Positions 44,877 through 54,100 of a stretch of 64,000 nucleotides of DNA are shown here, piece after piece. Under the pieces are notes generated by a model. The model was not told the DNA's origin, did not search any database, and worked only from the letters and a program-made list of their open reading frames with translations. The DNA is taken from contig NZ_OZ242338.1 in NCBI RefSeq assembly GCF_965208475.1, positions 2,834,782 to 2,898,781 of the forward strand, given 5' to 3'. The position numbers and the translations under genes were made by a program. Numbering within the stretch: position 1 is the stretch's first letter; each line of letters starts with the position of its first letter. This DNA comes from Candidatus Poriferisocius sp. (GTDB lineage Bacteria > Actinomycetota > Acidimicrobiia > Acidimicrobiales > Bin134).

Positions 44877-45272
44877 ATGGCCGACCCGATGGTCGCAGCG
44901 ATAGGGGTTCAGCCCGAGCCCGCCTCGACGGTGGACTACCGGTTGGTGCGGGCCCATGTGCTGCACCGCCTCAAGAGCGGCACCCGCATGGCCAGCGACG
45001 TGTGCGACGCCCACCCAGAACTGGTGCGGGCCGGCCGAGAGGTGGGAACCGCCGCGGGGGAGCAGTGCCCGGTGTGCCAAGGGGGCGATCTGGCTCTGGT
45101 GTCATACGTGTTCGGGCCCCGTCTGCCGGCCCACGGCCGCTGCATAAGCTACGCCGAGGAGATCGCCAAGCTGGCCCGGCGCAAGGGCCGATTCACCTGC
45201 TACGAGGTGGAGGTGTGCCCCGACTGCCGCTGGAACCACCTGCTCCGCAGCTACGTGCTCCAGCCCCGCTGA
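44877..45272 (+). CDS. Conserved actinobacterial Cys-rich protein (DUF5318-like)
   Basis: ATG 44877. CPVC and CPDC pairs. Position upstream of the rpsF region is reminiscent of mycobacterial synteny. Confidence 0.5.
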   Translation: MADPMVAAIGVQPEPASTVDYRLVRAHVLHRLKSGTRMASDVCDAHPELVRAGREVGTAAGEQCPVCQGGDLALVSYVFGPRLPAHGRCISYAEEIAKLARRKGRFTCYEVEVCPDCRWNHLLRSYVLQPR

Positions 45273-45311
45273 CCGGCGCCGGTCGACTCCAACCCTGCTG
45301 CCTGTCCTGCT

Positions 45312-46709
45312 CTACCGCGGCTGGGGCCAGAAGGGTTGGGCCTGCTCCAGTTGGGCGGCCAGCTGCAACAGCAGGGCCTCGGCGCCGAAGGGGGCGATGA
45401 AGTGGCTGCCCACGGTAAGGCCCCGGTCGTCCCAGTGCAGCGGCACCGACATGGCCGGCTGGCCGGTGGCGTTGGCCATGGCGCAGAACGGGCTATAGGC
45501 ACCTTGGCGGGCGCCCCACTCGGCCACATCGTCGCCGGTGGCCACCAGCTCACCCAATGGCGGCGGCACCCGGGCCAGGGTGGGGGTGAGCACCAGGTCG
45601 ATCCCCGATTCGTGGTATTGGCCCATCATCCGGCCCATCAGATGGCTGTCCAGCACCGCCTGGGCGTATTCGGGGCCGGTGAGGGTGGCACCCCGGGCGG
45701 CCAGCGAAGCGGCCACCGGCTCCAGGTCGTCGGCGCCGGGGGGCCGTCCGCACTGGGCCTCCCGACGCACCATCAGCGCAGCGATGTTGGAGGAGGTGAT
45801 AACCCCCTGCGGGCCGCCCATGCCCCGGCGCACCGGCAAGTCGGCCTCTTCCAACCGGTGTCCGAGCTCCTCGCACAGCGCCACCGCGGCGTCCAGCGCT
45901 CCCCGGGCTGTCGAGTCGAGCTCGATCCCGTCGGCCGAGCCGTCCCATACCGCGATCCGCAGCGAGGGCGGCGGGGCGGCAATGGCCGCCTCGAATGTCT
46001 GGTCGGGAGCAGGGGCCACATAGGGGTCGCCGGGGGCCAGGCCGGAGGTGAGGTCTAACAGCACGGCGCTGTCGCGCACCGTGCGGGAGATCACATGGGT
46101 GCAGGAATAGCCGCTCCACCCCTCGCCGGCGTCGGGGCCGAAGCTCACCCGGCCCCGGCTGGGCTTGAGCCCGAACAGCCCGCAGGCCGACGACGGGATG
46201 CGGATGGAGCCGCCCCCGTCGGAGGCGTGGGCCACCGTCAGCATCCCCGACGCCACTGCCGATGCCGCCCCGCCGCTGGAGCCGCCCGCGCTGCGGCCTA
46301 CGTCCAGCGGGTTGGCGCACGGGCCGAACAGGGCGGGCTCGGTAGTGGTCGACAGGCCGAGCTCGGGCGAGTTGGTGCGGCCCACCAGCACCATCCCCGC
46401 CGCCCGGTAGCGGCGCACCACCTCGGCGTCGTGGTCGTCCACCGGCGCGTCGGCGAAGTACTGCGACCCGTGGGTGGTGACCGTGCCCCGCATGGCAAAA
46501 TGCAGGTCTTTGATGGCGAACGGCACCCCCCGCAGCCGCCCGTCGGCCGCCGGCTCGGGCGCCACCACCGTGGTGATGGCGTTCAGCTCGGGGTTGTGCT
46601 CGTCGATGCGGGCCATGGTGGCCTCCAACACCTCGGCCTCCGACACCTCGCCGGCCCGAATGGCATCGGCCAGCCCTACTGCATCGCTCCGGTCCAACAA
46701 GTCGTCCAT
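45312..46709 (-). CDS. Amidase (amidase-signature family)
   Basis: ATG 46709. AS signature GGSSGGAASAVASG and GSIRIPSSACG. Confidence 0.85.
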   Translation of the reverse strand: MDDLLDRSDAVGLADAIRAGEVSEAEVLEATMARIDEHNPELNAITTVVAPEPAADGRLRGVPFAIKDLHFAMRGTVTTHGSQYFADAPVDDHDAEVVRRYRAAGMVLVGRTNSPELGLSTTTEPALFGPCANPLDVGRSAGGSSGGAASAVASGMLTVAHASDGGGSIRIPSSACGLFGLKPSRGRVSFGPDAGEGWSGYSCTHVISRTVRDSAVLLDLTSGLAPGDPYVAPAPDQTFEAAIAAPPPSLRIAVWDGSADGIELDSTARGALDAAVALCEELGHRLEEADLPVRRGMGGPQGVITSSNIAALMVRREAQCGRPPGADDLEPVAASLAARGATLTGPEYAQAVLDSHLMGRMMGQYHESGIDLVLTPTLARVPPPLGELVATGDDVAEWGARQGAYSPFCAMANATGQPAMSVPLHWDDRGLTVGSHFIAPFGAEALLLQLAAQLEQAQPFWPQPR

Positions 46710-46838
46710 GTCCCCGAAGCTAGCGGCCAACCACCCCCTAGATGCAGGCGCGGGGTGGCGCGGGGGAGGGAGTGGTGGGCTATGGTTGGGCACTACCGCC
46801 GGCAGCCGGAGTGCGCTGGACGGGGAAGGAGAACGACG

Positions 46839-47693
46839 ATGGGCACGAAGCTCACCGCGCTGGCTATCAGCAGACGCAAGCGAAGCCTGGGTGCCGACCC
46901 GCTCGTCATGCTCACCGCCTACGACGCGCCCAGCGCGCGCATGGCCGACGAAGCCGGCGCCGATCTAATTCTGGTGGGCGACTCGGTGGCCATGGTGGTG
47001 CTGGGCCACGACGACACCATGAGCGTGACCGTCGACGAGATGGCCCACCACGCCGCGGCGGTGGCCCGCACTCGCCCCCGGGCGATGGTGGTGGCCGACA
47101 TGCCGTGGATGAGCTACCACGTGTCGGCCGCCGACACGGTGACCAACGCGGCCACCCTGGTGCGGGCCGGGGCCCAGGGGGTGAAGCTGGAGGGCGGATC
47201 GGAGCGGGTGCCGATGATCGAGGCCATCATCTCGGCCGAGGTGCCGGTTATGGGCCATCTGGGGCTCACCCCCCAGTCGATGCTGGCCCAGGGCGGCTAC
47301 CGGGTGCAAGGGCGCAACAGCGAGGCTGCGCTGGGGCTGGTGGCCGACGCCAAGGCGCTGGCCCACGCCGGATGCTTCGCCATCGTGCTGGAGGGCATTC
47401 CCGCGGCAGTGGGCCAGATGGTCACCGACGCGGTGGACGTGCCCACCATAGGCATCGGCGCAGGCGGCGACTGCGACGGCCAGGTGCTGGTGATTCACGA
47501 TGTGCTGGGGCTGGAAACCCGGATGCTCCCCCGGTTCGTGCGCCGCTACGCATCAATGCACGCCGACGGCGTGGACGCCCTGGCCCGGTTCGCGGCCGAT
47601 GTGCGCGGCGGCGCCTTCCCCAATGCCGCAGAGTGCTACGAGATGGACCCCGACGAGGTGATCGCGCTCGGCCTGTACGGCCACCAGGGATAG
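46839..47693 (+). CDS. panB: 3-methyl-2-oxobutanoate hydroxymethyltransferase
   Basis: ATG 46839. VMLTAYDAPSARMADEAGADLILVGDS, GVKLEGG and IGIGAG motifs. Confidence 0.9.
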   Translation: MGTKLTALAISRRKRSLGADPLVMLTAYDAPSARMADEAGADLILVGDSVAMVVLGHDDTMSVTVDEMAHHAAAVARTRPRAMVVADMPWMSYHVSAADTVTNAATLVRAGAQGVKLEGGSERVPMIEAIISAEVPVMGHLGLTPQSMLAQGGYRVQGRNSEAALGLVADAKALAHAGCFAIVLEGIPAAVGQMVTDAVDVPTIGIGAGGDCDGQVLVIHDVLGLETRMLPRFVRRYASMHADGVDALARFAADVRGGAFPNAAECYEMDPDEVIALGLYGHQG

Positions 47694-47798
47694 CGGCCGC
47701 TCCCCGGCCCCACTGCAACTGTCACACCCTGCGAGATAATGGAGCCGATGCAGTGAAGTCCCGAGAAGTCCGGTAGGGTTTTTCCAAAACAAGACCCT

Positions 47799-47831
47799 GC
47801 CCCGGCGATCGGGGCCCCGGCTGGAGCCGGG
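47799..47831 (+). promoter_or_regulatory. Two adjacent GC hairpins (GCCCCG-GCGAT-CGGGGC and CCCGGC-TGGA-GCCGGG) in the rpsF 5' leader
   Basis: Read directly, immediately upstream of the GGGAGG Shine-Dalgarno at 47838-47843. Could be a panB terminator and/or an S6:S18 autoregulatory leader. Confidence 0.3.
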
Positions 47832-47854
47832 ACCGTAGGGAGGTGAAGCTCGCC

Positions 47855-48199
47855 ATGCGAGCATACGAATTGATGATCATCATGGATGCGGGCGTCGAGG
47901 AATCCGATGTGGTCGCCCGTATCGAGCAGGTTGCCGAGAACATCACCTCCCAAGGTGGTCAGGTGATGTCTGAAGACCGGTGGGGCAAGCGCCGCTTCGC
48001 CTATGAGATCAACCATCAACACGAGGGCTACTATCTGGTTCTCGAGTTTGCGACCGAGACGCGCGACATGGGCACATTGGAACGTCTCCTCCGACTTGCG
48101 GACGATGTGGTCCGCCACAAGCTGATCCGTCTGCCTGACGCTGAAGCCGCACGACGCGGCCTGCTGGGCGGCGGTACTCCCCTGGCTGCGGCCGGGTAA
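47855..48199 (+). CDS. rpsF: 30S ribosomal protein S6
   Basis: MRAYELMIIMD...RWGKRRFAYEINHQHEGYYLVLEF. Confidence 0.9.
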   Translation: MRAYELMIIMDAGVEESDVVARIEQVAENITSQGGQVMSEDRWGKRRFAYEINHQHEGYYLVLEFATETRDMGTLERLLRLADDVVRHKLIRLPDAEAARRGLLGGGTPLAAAG

Positions 48200-48214
48200 T
48201 TCAAGGAGACAGAG

Positions 48215-48676
48215 ATGGCATTCGACAACACGGTTACCGTTACCGGGAACATCACCAGAGATCCCGAGCTTCGATTCACCCCCGGCGGCAGCGCCGTGGC
48301 CACATTCGGGCTGGCCTGGAACCGGCGCTGGCAGAACCGCCAGACCAACGAGACCGAAGAACAGGTGTCGTTCTTCGACGTGACCTGCTGGAACACCCTG
48401 GCCGAGAACGTCAGCGAGAGCTTGGTGAAAGGCACTCGGGTGGTCGTCAGCGGGCGAATGGAGCAGCGGTCTTGGGAGACCCAGGACGGCGACCGCCGCA
48501 GCAAGATCGAGATCATCGCCGACGAGGTATCCCCCAGCTTGCGCTGGGCCACCGTCGAGGTGATCAAGAACGAGAGGCGCGACGGCGGTGGCGGGGGCCG
48601 CAACCAAGGCGGCGGAGGCGGGCGCCCACCCCGTAACCAGCCACAGGGGTACGACCTCGACGAGGAGCCGTTCTAA
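48215..48676 (+). CDS. ssb: Single-stranded DNA-binding protein
   Basis: OB-fold N-terminus [18 protein letters not shown], Gly-rich tail and acidic tip DLDEEPF. Confidence 0.9.
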   Translation: MAFDNTVTVTGNITRDPELRFTPGGSAVATFGLAWNRRWQNRQTNETEEQVSFFDVTCWNTLAENVSESLVKGTRVVVSGRMEQRSWETQDGDRRSKIEIIADEVSPSLRWATVEVIKNERRDGGGGGRNQGGGGGRPPRNQPQGYDLDEEPF

Positions 48677-49176
48677 TGGCAAAAGGACTCAAGAAGCCGA
48701 GGGCCAAGGACAACAGCCGGCGCCGCAAGAAGAAGGTCAGCGTCCTCACCCAAGAGAGCATTGGCTACGTGGACTGGAAAGACATCAATCTGTTGCGGCG
48801 GTTCATGTCCGACCGGGCCAAGATCCGGGCCCGGCAGGTAACCGGCAACAACCAGCAGCAGCAGAAAGAGATCGCCCGGGCCATCAAGAACGCCCGGGAG
48901 ATGGCGCTGCTGCCCTACAACAACCGGATCACCACCCAGCGCAGTGCAACCCGGTCGCGCGACGACAACCGCGTCGACGGGCCGGCCCCCCAGCCAACAG
49001 CCCCGCCACCAGGCCTGCGGGGGTCGCCGGAAGCAGACGGCGCCGAGATGGACGCCCCCGAGGCCGGCGGCGACGCAATGATTGCTGAAGCAGCCGTCGA
49101 CGAGGTGGCAATACCGGCGCCGAGCGCTGAGCAGCCGGCGGGCGCGATGGGCGGCGGCGAGGAGACGGCGCAATGA
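48676..49176 (+). CDS. rpsR: 30S ribosomal protein S18 with a C-terminal extension of about 80 aa
   Basis: S18 core [27 protein letters not shown]...[15 protein letters not shown], followed by a Pro/Ala/Glu/Asp-rich tail. The stop overlaps the rplI ATG (ATGA). Confidence 0.85.
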   Translation: MAKGLKKPRAKDNSRRRKKKVSVLTQESIGYVDWKDINLLRRFMSDRAKIRARQVTGNNQQQQKEIARAIKNAREMALLPYNNRITTQRSATRSRDDNRVDGPAPQPTAPPPGLRGSPEADGAEMDAPEAGGDAMIAEAAVDEVAIPAPSAEQPAGAMGGGEETAQ

Positions 49177-49619
49177 ATGTCGTACTGCGTGAAAGCGTGG
49201 ACGGTCTGGGCAAGAAGGGCGATGTAGTGGAAGTGGCCGACGGCTACGCCCGCAACTTCTTGATCCCTGCCGGCAAGGCCTTCAAGTCCTCAGCCGGGGC
49301 GGAGCGCCAAGCGGAGCGCATGCGCCGCTCGCGTGAGTTGCGGGATGCCAAGGAACTGGCCGAGGCCCAGGAAATGGCCAGCAGGCTGGTGTCCACCCCC
49401 ATCCACATTGCGGCTCGCGCTGGAGCGGAGGGCAAGCTCTTCGGCTCGGTAACCACCGCCGACGTTGTGCGGGCGGTGGCCGAGCAGGCCAACATCATGT
49501 TGGAGCGCAAGGCACTGTCCTCCGAGGGGATCAAGGAACTGGGCAGTCACATGGTGACGGCCAAACCGCATCCAGAGGTGGAGTTCCCCATCACCGTGGA
49601 GGTAATTGCCACCCAATAG
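49173..49619 (+). CDS. rplI: 50S ribosomal protein L9
   Basis: [32 protein letters not shown]. Confidence 0.9.
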   Translation: MNVVLRESVDGLGKKGDVVEVADGYARNFLIPAGKAFKSSAGAERQAERMRRSRELRDAKELAEAQEMASRLVSTPIHIAARAGAEGKLFGSVTTADVVRAVAEQANIMLERKALSSEGIKELGSHMVTAKPHPEVEFPITVEVIATQ

Positions 49620-49652
49620 CCCCAGGGAAGCCTACTTTGGCAAATCCCCAGG

Positions 49653-49671
49653 TTATCCACCCATATCCACG
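49653..49671 (+). promoter_or_regulatory. Two tandem DnaA-box-like 9-mers (TTATCCACC and ATATCCACG) upstream of dnaB
   Basis: Read directly. They match the TTATNCACA consensus at 8 of 9 and 7 of 9 positions. Confidence 0.3.
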
Positions 49672-49778
49672 GGCCTTCCCCTAGCGGCCCACAACGGGGA
49701 TCCGCGAAAGTAGTCAACCGTGGCCTCCGATTCGACCCCATATAACTGTCACTGGTCATCGGTACTCTGGGCACAGCT

Positions 49779-51158
49779 GTGAGCGATCCCTTCCAATACT
49801 CCGACGGCGGCGGCTACTCGTCCTCGCCGGGCCGCTCAGGGCGGGTGCCGCCCCATGACCTCGAGGCCGAGGAGGCGCTGTTGGGGGCAATGCTGTTGAG
49901 CCGCGATGCCATCGCGGATGCGGTGAACTTGATCCGCCCCGGACATTTCTATCGGCCTGCGAATGCTCATGTGTACGAGGCAGTGTGCTCGCTGTACGCC
50001 AAGGGGGAGCCTGCCGATGCGGTGACGGTGGCCGCCGAGCTGAATCGGCTGGGCTTGGCCGACAAAGTGGGGGGCAACGCCGCATTGGTGAGACTCCAGA
50101 CCGGCACTCCGGCGTCGGCCAATGCGGCCAAGTACGCCAACATCGTGCATGAGGCTGCCACGCTCAGGAAGCTGATCGAGGTCGGCGGGGAGATCGCCGA
50201 ATTGGGCTACGAGGGTGCCGACGATGTGGTCAAGACTGTTGACTCAGCCGAAGCGATGGTGTACCGGCTGGCCGCCGACCGCATGGGCGACACCACGGCC
50301 AGCCTGGCCGAACTCCTGCCGGCCAACTTGGAGCGCATCGAGAAGCTCTACGAGCAGGGCGAGGTCATCACCGGCACCCCCACCGGTTACAACGACTTGG
50401 ACGCGATCACCAGCGGACTCCAGCCCAACACCCTCGTGGTGGTCGGTGCTCGGCCCTCGGTGGGGAAAACCAGCTTCGCCTTGGGCATGGCCGCCCACGC
50501 CGCCATCCGGGCGGGCAAGCCGGTGCTGGTCTTCTCGCTGGAGATGAGCCAACTCGAGATCAGCCAGCGGATCCTGTGCGCTGAGGCCCGGGTGGACGCC
50601 AGCCGGGTACGCACCGGCAAACTCACCGACCAGGACTGGACCGACATCAGCAACGCTTTGGGACGCCTCGCCGACGCGCCCATCTGGATCGACGACAACC
50701 CTGCGGTGACCATCATGGAGATCAGGGGCAAATCCCGGCGGTTGCGCAGCCAAACTGGCGACCTTGGCATGATCATCGTCGACTACCTCCAGCTCATGAC
50801 CGGTCGCCACTCCGCCGAGAACCGCCAAGTAGAGGTCTCCGAGATCAGCCGAGGCCTCAAGATCCTGGCCCGTGAACTGCAATGCCCGGTAGTGGCGCTG
50901 TCCCAGCTTTCTCGGAATCTGGAGCAGCGCCAGGATAAACGGCCGATACTCGCCGACCTGCGGGAGTCGGGCTCCATCGAGCAGGACGCCGACATTGTCA
51001 TGTTCTTGTATCGCGACGAGTTATACAACCCCGAAACCCAAGACGCCGGCATCGCCGAAGTACTGGTGGCCAAACACCGCACCGGACCTACCGGCAAAGC
51101 CAGCCTGGCCTTCATCAACAACCACACCCGCTTTGCCAACATGGCCCGGGGGGCGTAA
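49779..51158 (+). CDS. dnaB: Replicative DNA helicase DnaB
   Basis: PPHDLEAEEALLGAML N-domain, Walker A GARPSVGKTSFAL. 459 aa, so no intein. GTG start. Confidence 0.9.
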   Translation: MSDPFQYSDGGGYSSSPGRSGRVPPHDLEAEEALLGAMLLSRDAIADAVNLIRPGHFYRPANAHVYEAVCSLYAKGEPADAVTVAAELNRLGLADKVGGNAALVRLQTGTPASANAAKYANIVHEAATLRKLIEVGGEIAELGYEGADDVVKTVDSAEAMVYRLAADRMGDTTASLAELLPANLERIEKLYEQGEVITGTPTGYNDLDAITSGLQPNTLVVVGARPSVGKTSFALGMAAHAAIRAGKPVLVFSLEMSQLEISQRILCAEARVDASRVRTGKLTDQDWTDISNALGRLADAPIWIDDNPAVTIMEIRGKSRRLRSQTGDLGMIIVDYLQLMTGRHSAENRQVEVSEISRGLKILARELQCPVVALSQLSRNLEQRQDKRPILADLRESGSIEQDADIVMFLYRDELYNPETQDAGIAEVLVAKHRTGPTGKASLAFINNHTRFANMARGA

Positions 51159-51171
51159 TCAGCGGGTGCTG

Positions 51172-54100
51172 TCAGGTTGATGGCCTATCGCCGGATGGGA
51201 TAGGGCGCCCGTCGGTGTAGGAGATGGTGTTGTTGGGGGTGGCGGGAGTCCGGGGGCCCTCGAAGAGGATGCCGGTGAGGTTGAGGGGGTCGCAGGCGGC
51301 GATGTTGATGGTTTGGCCGGTGCGAGGACGGTGGACGGCGGTTTGGAGCTGTTCGGCCGCGGCGGGGAGGGCGAACTGCTCGCCGCTGAAACCGGTGACG
51401 AAGCGGCCGCCGCGGACCAGGCCTCTGTCCTCAAAGCGGCGCAGGGCCTTGAGGATCTCTCGCCAGGGAGTAGCGATGGGGCTGGCCGGGTGGTGGGCGA
51501 GGTCGCGAAACACCACACCCCAGCAGGTAAGCATTTGGTGCGCGGCGGCCTCGGCAAGGTCTTCAAGGGGAAAGTGCTCAGCCTGGGGAACGAGCGACCA
51601 GCGGCCGGGGGCGGCGGGGACTTGCTGCTGCTGGCTGTTATGGCCGCGATTGACGCGCATTGCCCGAGTTCTGAGAGCCTGCGAGCGGAGGCCCTGACCA
51701 GGGCGGTGGCGGGTGGGGCGGCGACTGGGGCGGCTCAGCAGCGACCGGACGGCGGCGAACCCGTCGGCGGTGAACAGGCCGAGGGCGACGCCGCTCCAGA
51801 GGGCCCGCTCGATGTCGTCGGGCAACCGGTGGGTGGCTGCGGCCAGGTCGGGCAGAAAACTGGCGCCTTGGGCAGCGAGGATGTCGGCGATTTCTTGGAT
51901 GGGGCCGGATTCGGGGCATTCAAGATCGCGGGTGCGGGCGGCGGCCAGTAGCCAGGGAAGGTCTTCTCGAAAGGCAAGGGTGATGGGCGTAGCTTTTCGA
52001 GGGGCCATCGTGTTGGCCTTGGCGGGGGTAGTGGGCGGGCTGAGCCTGAGCCAGGCGAGCTCGCCGCGGTAGCAGAGCTCGTCGAGCCAGAGGGGGTTGT
52101 AGTCGGGCAGTCGCTGGGCGATGATCTGCTTCTCCCAGGTTCCGGCCGGGAGATCAAGGCCCTGGAGTTGCTCGAGGATCTTGGTGAGGCCGGGGCGGCC
52201 TCGAACCGTGGTGTCGGGAGTCAGGCGGTGCCAGTCGAGGAGGAAGCGCATGAAGTCTTGGGCGGAGGCGGGTTGGATAGAGGCGCGCTTTTGCCTTCGG
52301 GACAGGTAGGACATTCGTTGGAGCAAGCGTCTTGAGCACCATGTTTCGCGCGATCCACCGGCGTGGGGAGCACCCCCCTTTTTTTGTTGGTTGGGGGTGG
52401 GTTGGACCGGTAGGTGGTTGGCGCGCATGGCGGTGCCTTCGGATTCGAGGGCGGCCAATGACTGTTGGACGGTGGGGAGAGTCAGGGCAGTCTTTTTTGC
52501 CAGTTCTTCGGGGGTGGTGGGGCCGGTGATTTCTAGGTGGCCGCGGATCTTTTCTATTGCCATTTCGGGGGTTAGGGCGGTTTCGGACAGTTCTGTGGTG
52601 GTCCAGAGGGGGGTGTTGGTGGGGGATTGGATGGTTTGGGCTCGGCCTTTGGATTCGAGTTCGTTGTAGAGATCGGTCCATTCGGGGTGGGGGTGGGTGG
52701 TTACCAGTGTGGTCAGGAGGTCGTGGAGTTCGTCGGGGGTTCTTGGGTCGGGGGTTATTTCTTCGATTACTTGGGTTATGGCGTCGGGGGTGATTTGGGA
52801 GAGGGCTGGTTGGTCGAGGGTGGGGGGTTGGCGGTCGTTTCTTGGGCGGAGGCCTCTTGGGACGGTGACGGCGTTGGTGCGGCGGTCGACTATTTCGGCG
52901 TCGTCCAAGAAGGCATAGGGGCGGGCGTTGACGATCTCGTGGCTGAGCGGGGAGGGCTCAGCGGTGTCGCAGAAGTGGGTGCGGACCTGCCCGGAGCGGA
53001 TATCGGTGAGGAGTTGTTTGAGGCCGTCGACGTCGAGGGCTTCGTGGAGAGTGTCGTGGAGGGTTTGGCGCACCAGCAGGTGGTCGGGGATCTCGATGGG
53101 TCCGGCGACGTTCTCCTGGCAGGCGGCGGCGCCGGGGAACACGGCGGCCATGATGTCGTCGGCCTCCATGCGCTGGATGGGGGGTGGGTTGCGCTTTCCG
53201 CCCCGGCTGCGGAGCACCACCAGCGCCCGGTTCAGGTTCCAGCGCCACCGGGCGGTGAACATGGGAGAGTCGAGCACGGCTTGGGTCAGCACCTCCTCCA
53301 CCGAGTCCGGGTGCAAAAAGGCGGGGACGTCGCTGAGGGGGAAGCTGTGGTGGGGACCGAGCGACAAGATGATGGCGTTGTCGTTGGCCGCGGCCTGGAG
53401 CTCGAAGTCGAAGCGGCGGCACAAGCGCTTGCGCAAGGCCAGGCCGAAGGCCCGGTTGATGCGCCCACCGTAGGGCGAGTGGACCACGAGCTGCTGGCCG
53501 CCGGTGTCGTCGAAGAAGCGCTCGAACACGATGTCGGTGTGGGTGGGGACTGTGCCGAGGGAGGCTTTGGCCGCGGCTATGTAGGTGACGGCCTGCTCGG
53601 CGATCTCTGCGGTGGTGTCGTGGGTATGGGCCAACTGTTCGGCGGCACGGGCAAGGGCGATGTCGTCGAGGGGGTTGACTTCGGGGTCTTCGGGCAGGAG
53701 TTCTTTGATGGAGGCGCGCAAAGCGGACACCTGCTGGGACAGCTCGGTGGTGCGGGCGGGGGCCTCGCCGAGCCAGAAGGGGACGGTGGGCGGGGCGTCG
53801 CCGGCGTCGATCACCCGCACAGTGCCGGCAACCACCTGTTTGATGCGCCAAGAGTGGGAGCCGAGCAAAAAGATGTCGCCGGCCATCGACTCCACCGCCC
53901 AGTCCTCGTTGACGGTGCCGATGAAGGTGTCGTCGGGCTCGGCCACCACCCGGTAGTCGCCGTTCTCGCCGATGGCCCCACCGGAGGTGAGGGCGGCCAG
54001 CCGGGCGCCCCGTCGCCCCCGCACCTCTTGGTTGACGGAGTCGTAGTGAAGGTAGGCGCCTCGGGGACCCCGGCCGGTGACCACTCCCCGAGCAGCCTGC

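Noticed and set aside
44715-45080. Long N-terminal extensions suggested by the ORF track. Examples: 42297..45080, 46095..47693, 45312..46793, 58900..60738, 22265..23470 and 1272..2312.
   Set aside because: The family-typical N-termini begin at internal start codons (44714, 46839, 46709, 59584, 22553, 1488). The upstream parts overlap neighbouring genes or are Arg/Pro-rich read-through of intergenic DNA.
49779-51158. An intein in DnaB, which is common in some actinobacteria and cyanobacteria.
   Set aside because: The ORF is 459 aa with contiguous helicase motifs and no insertion, so no intein is present.
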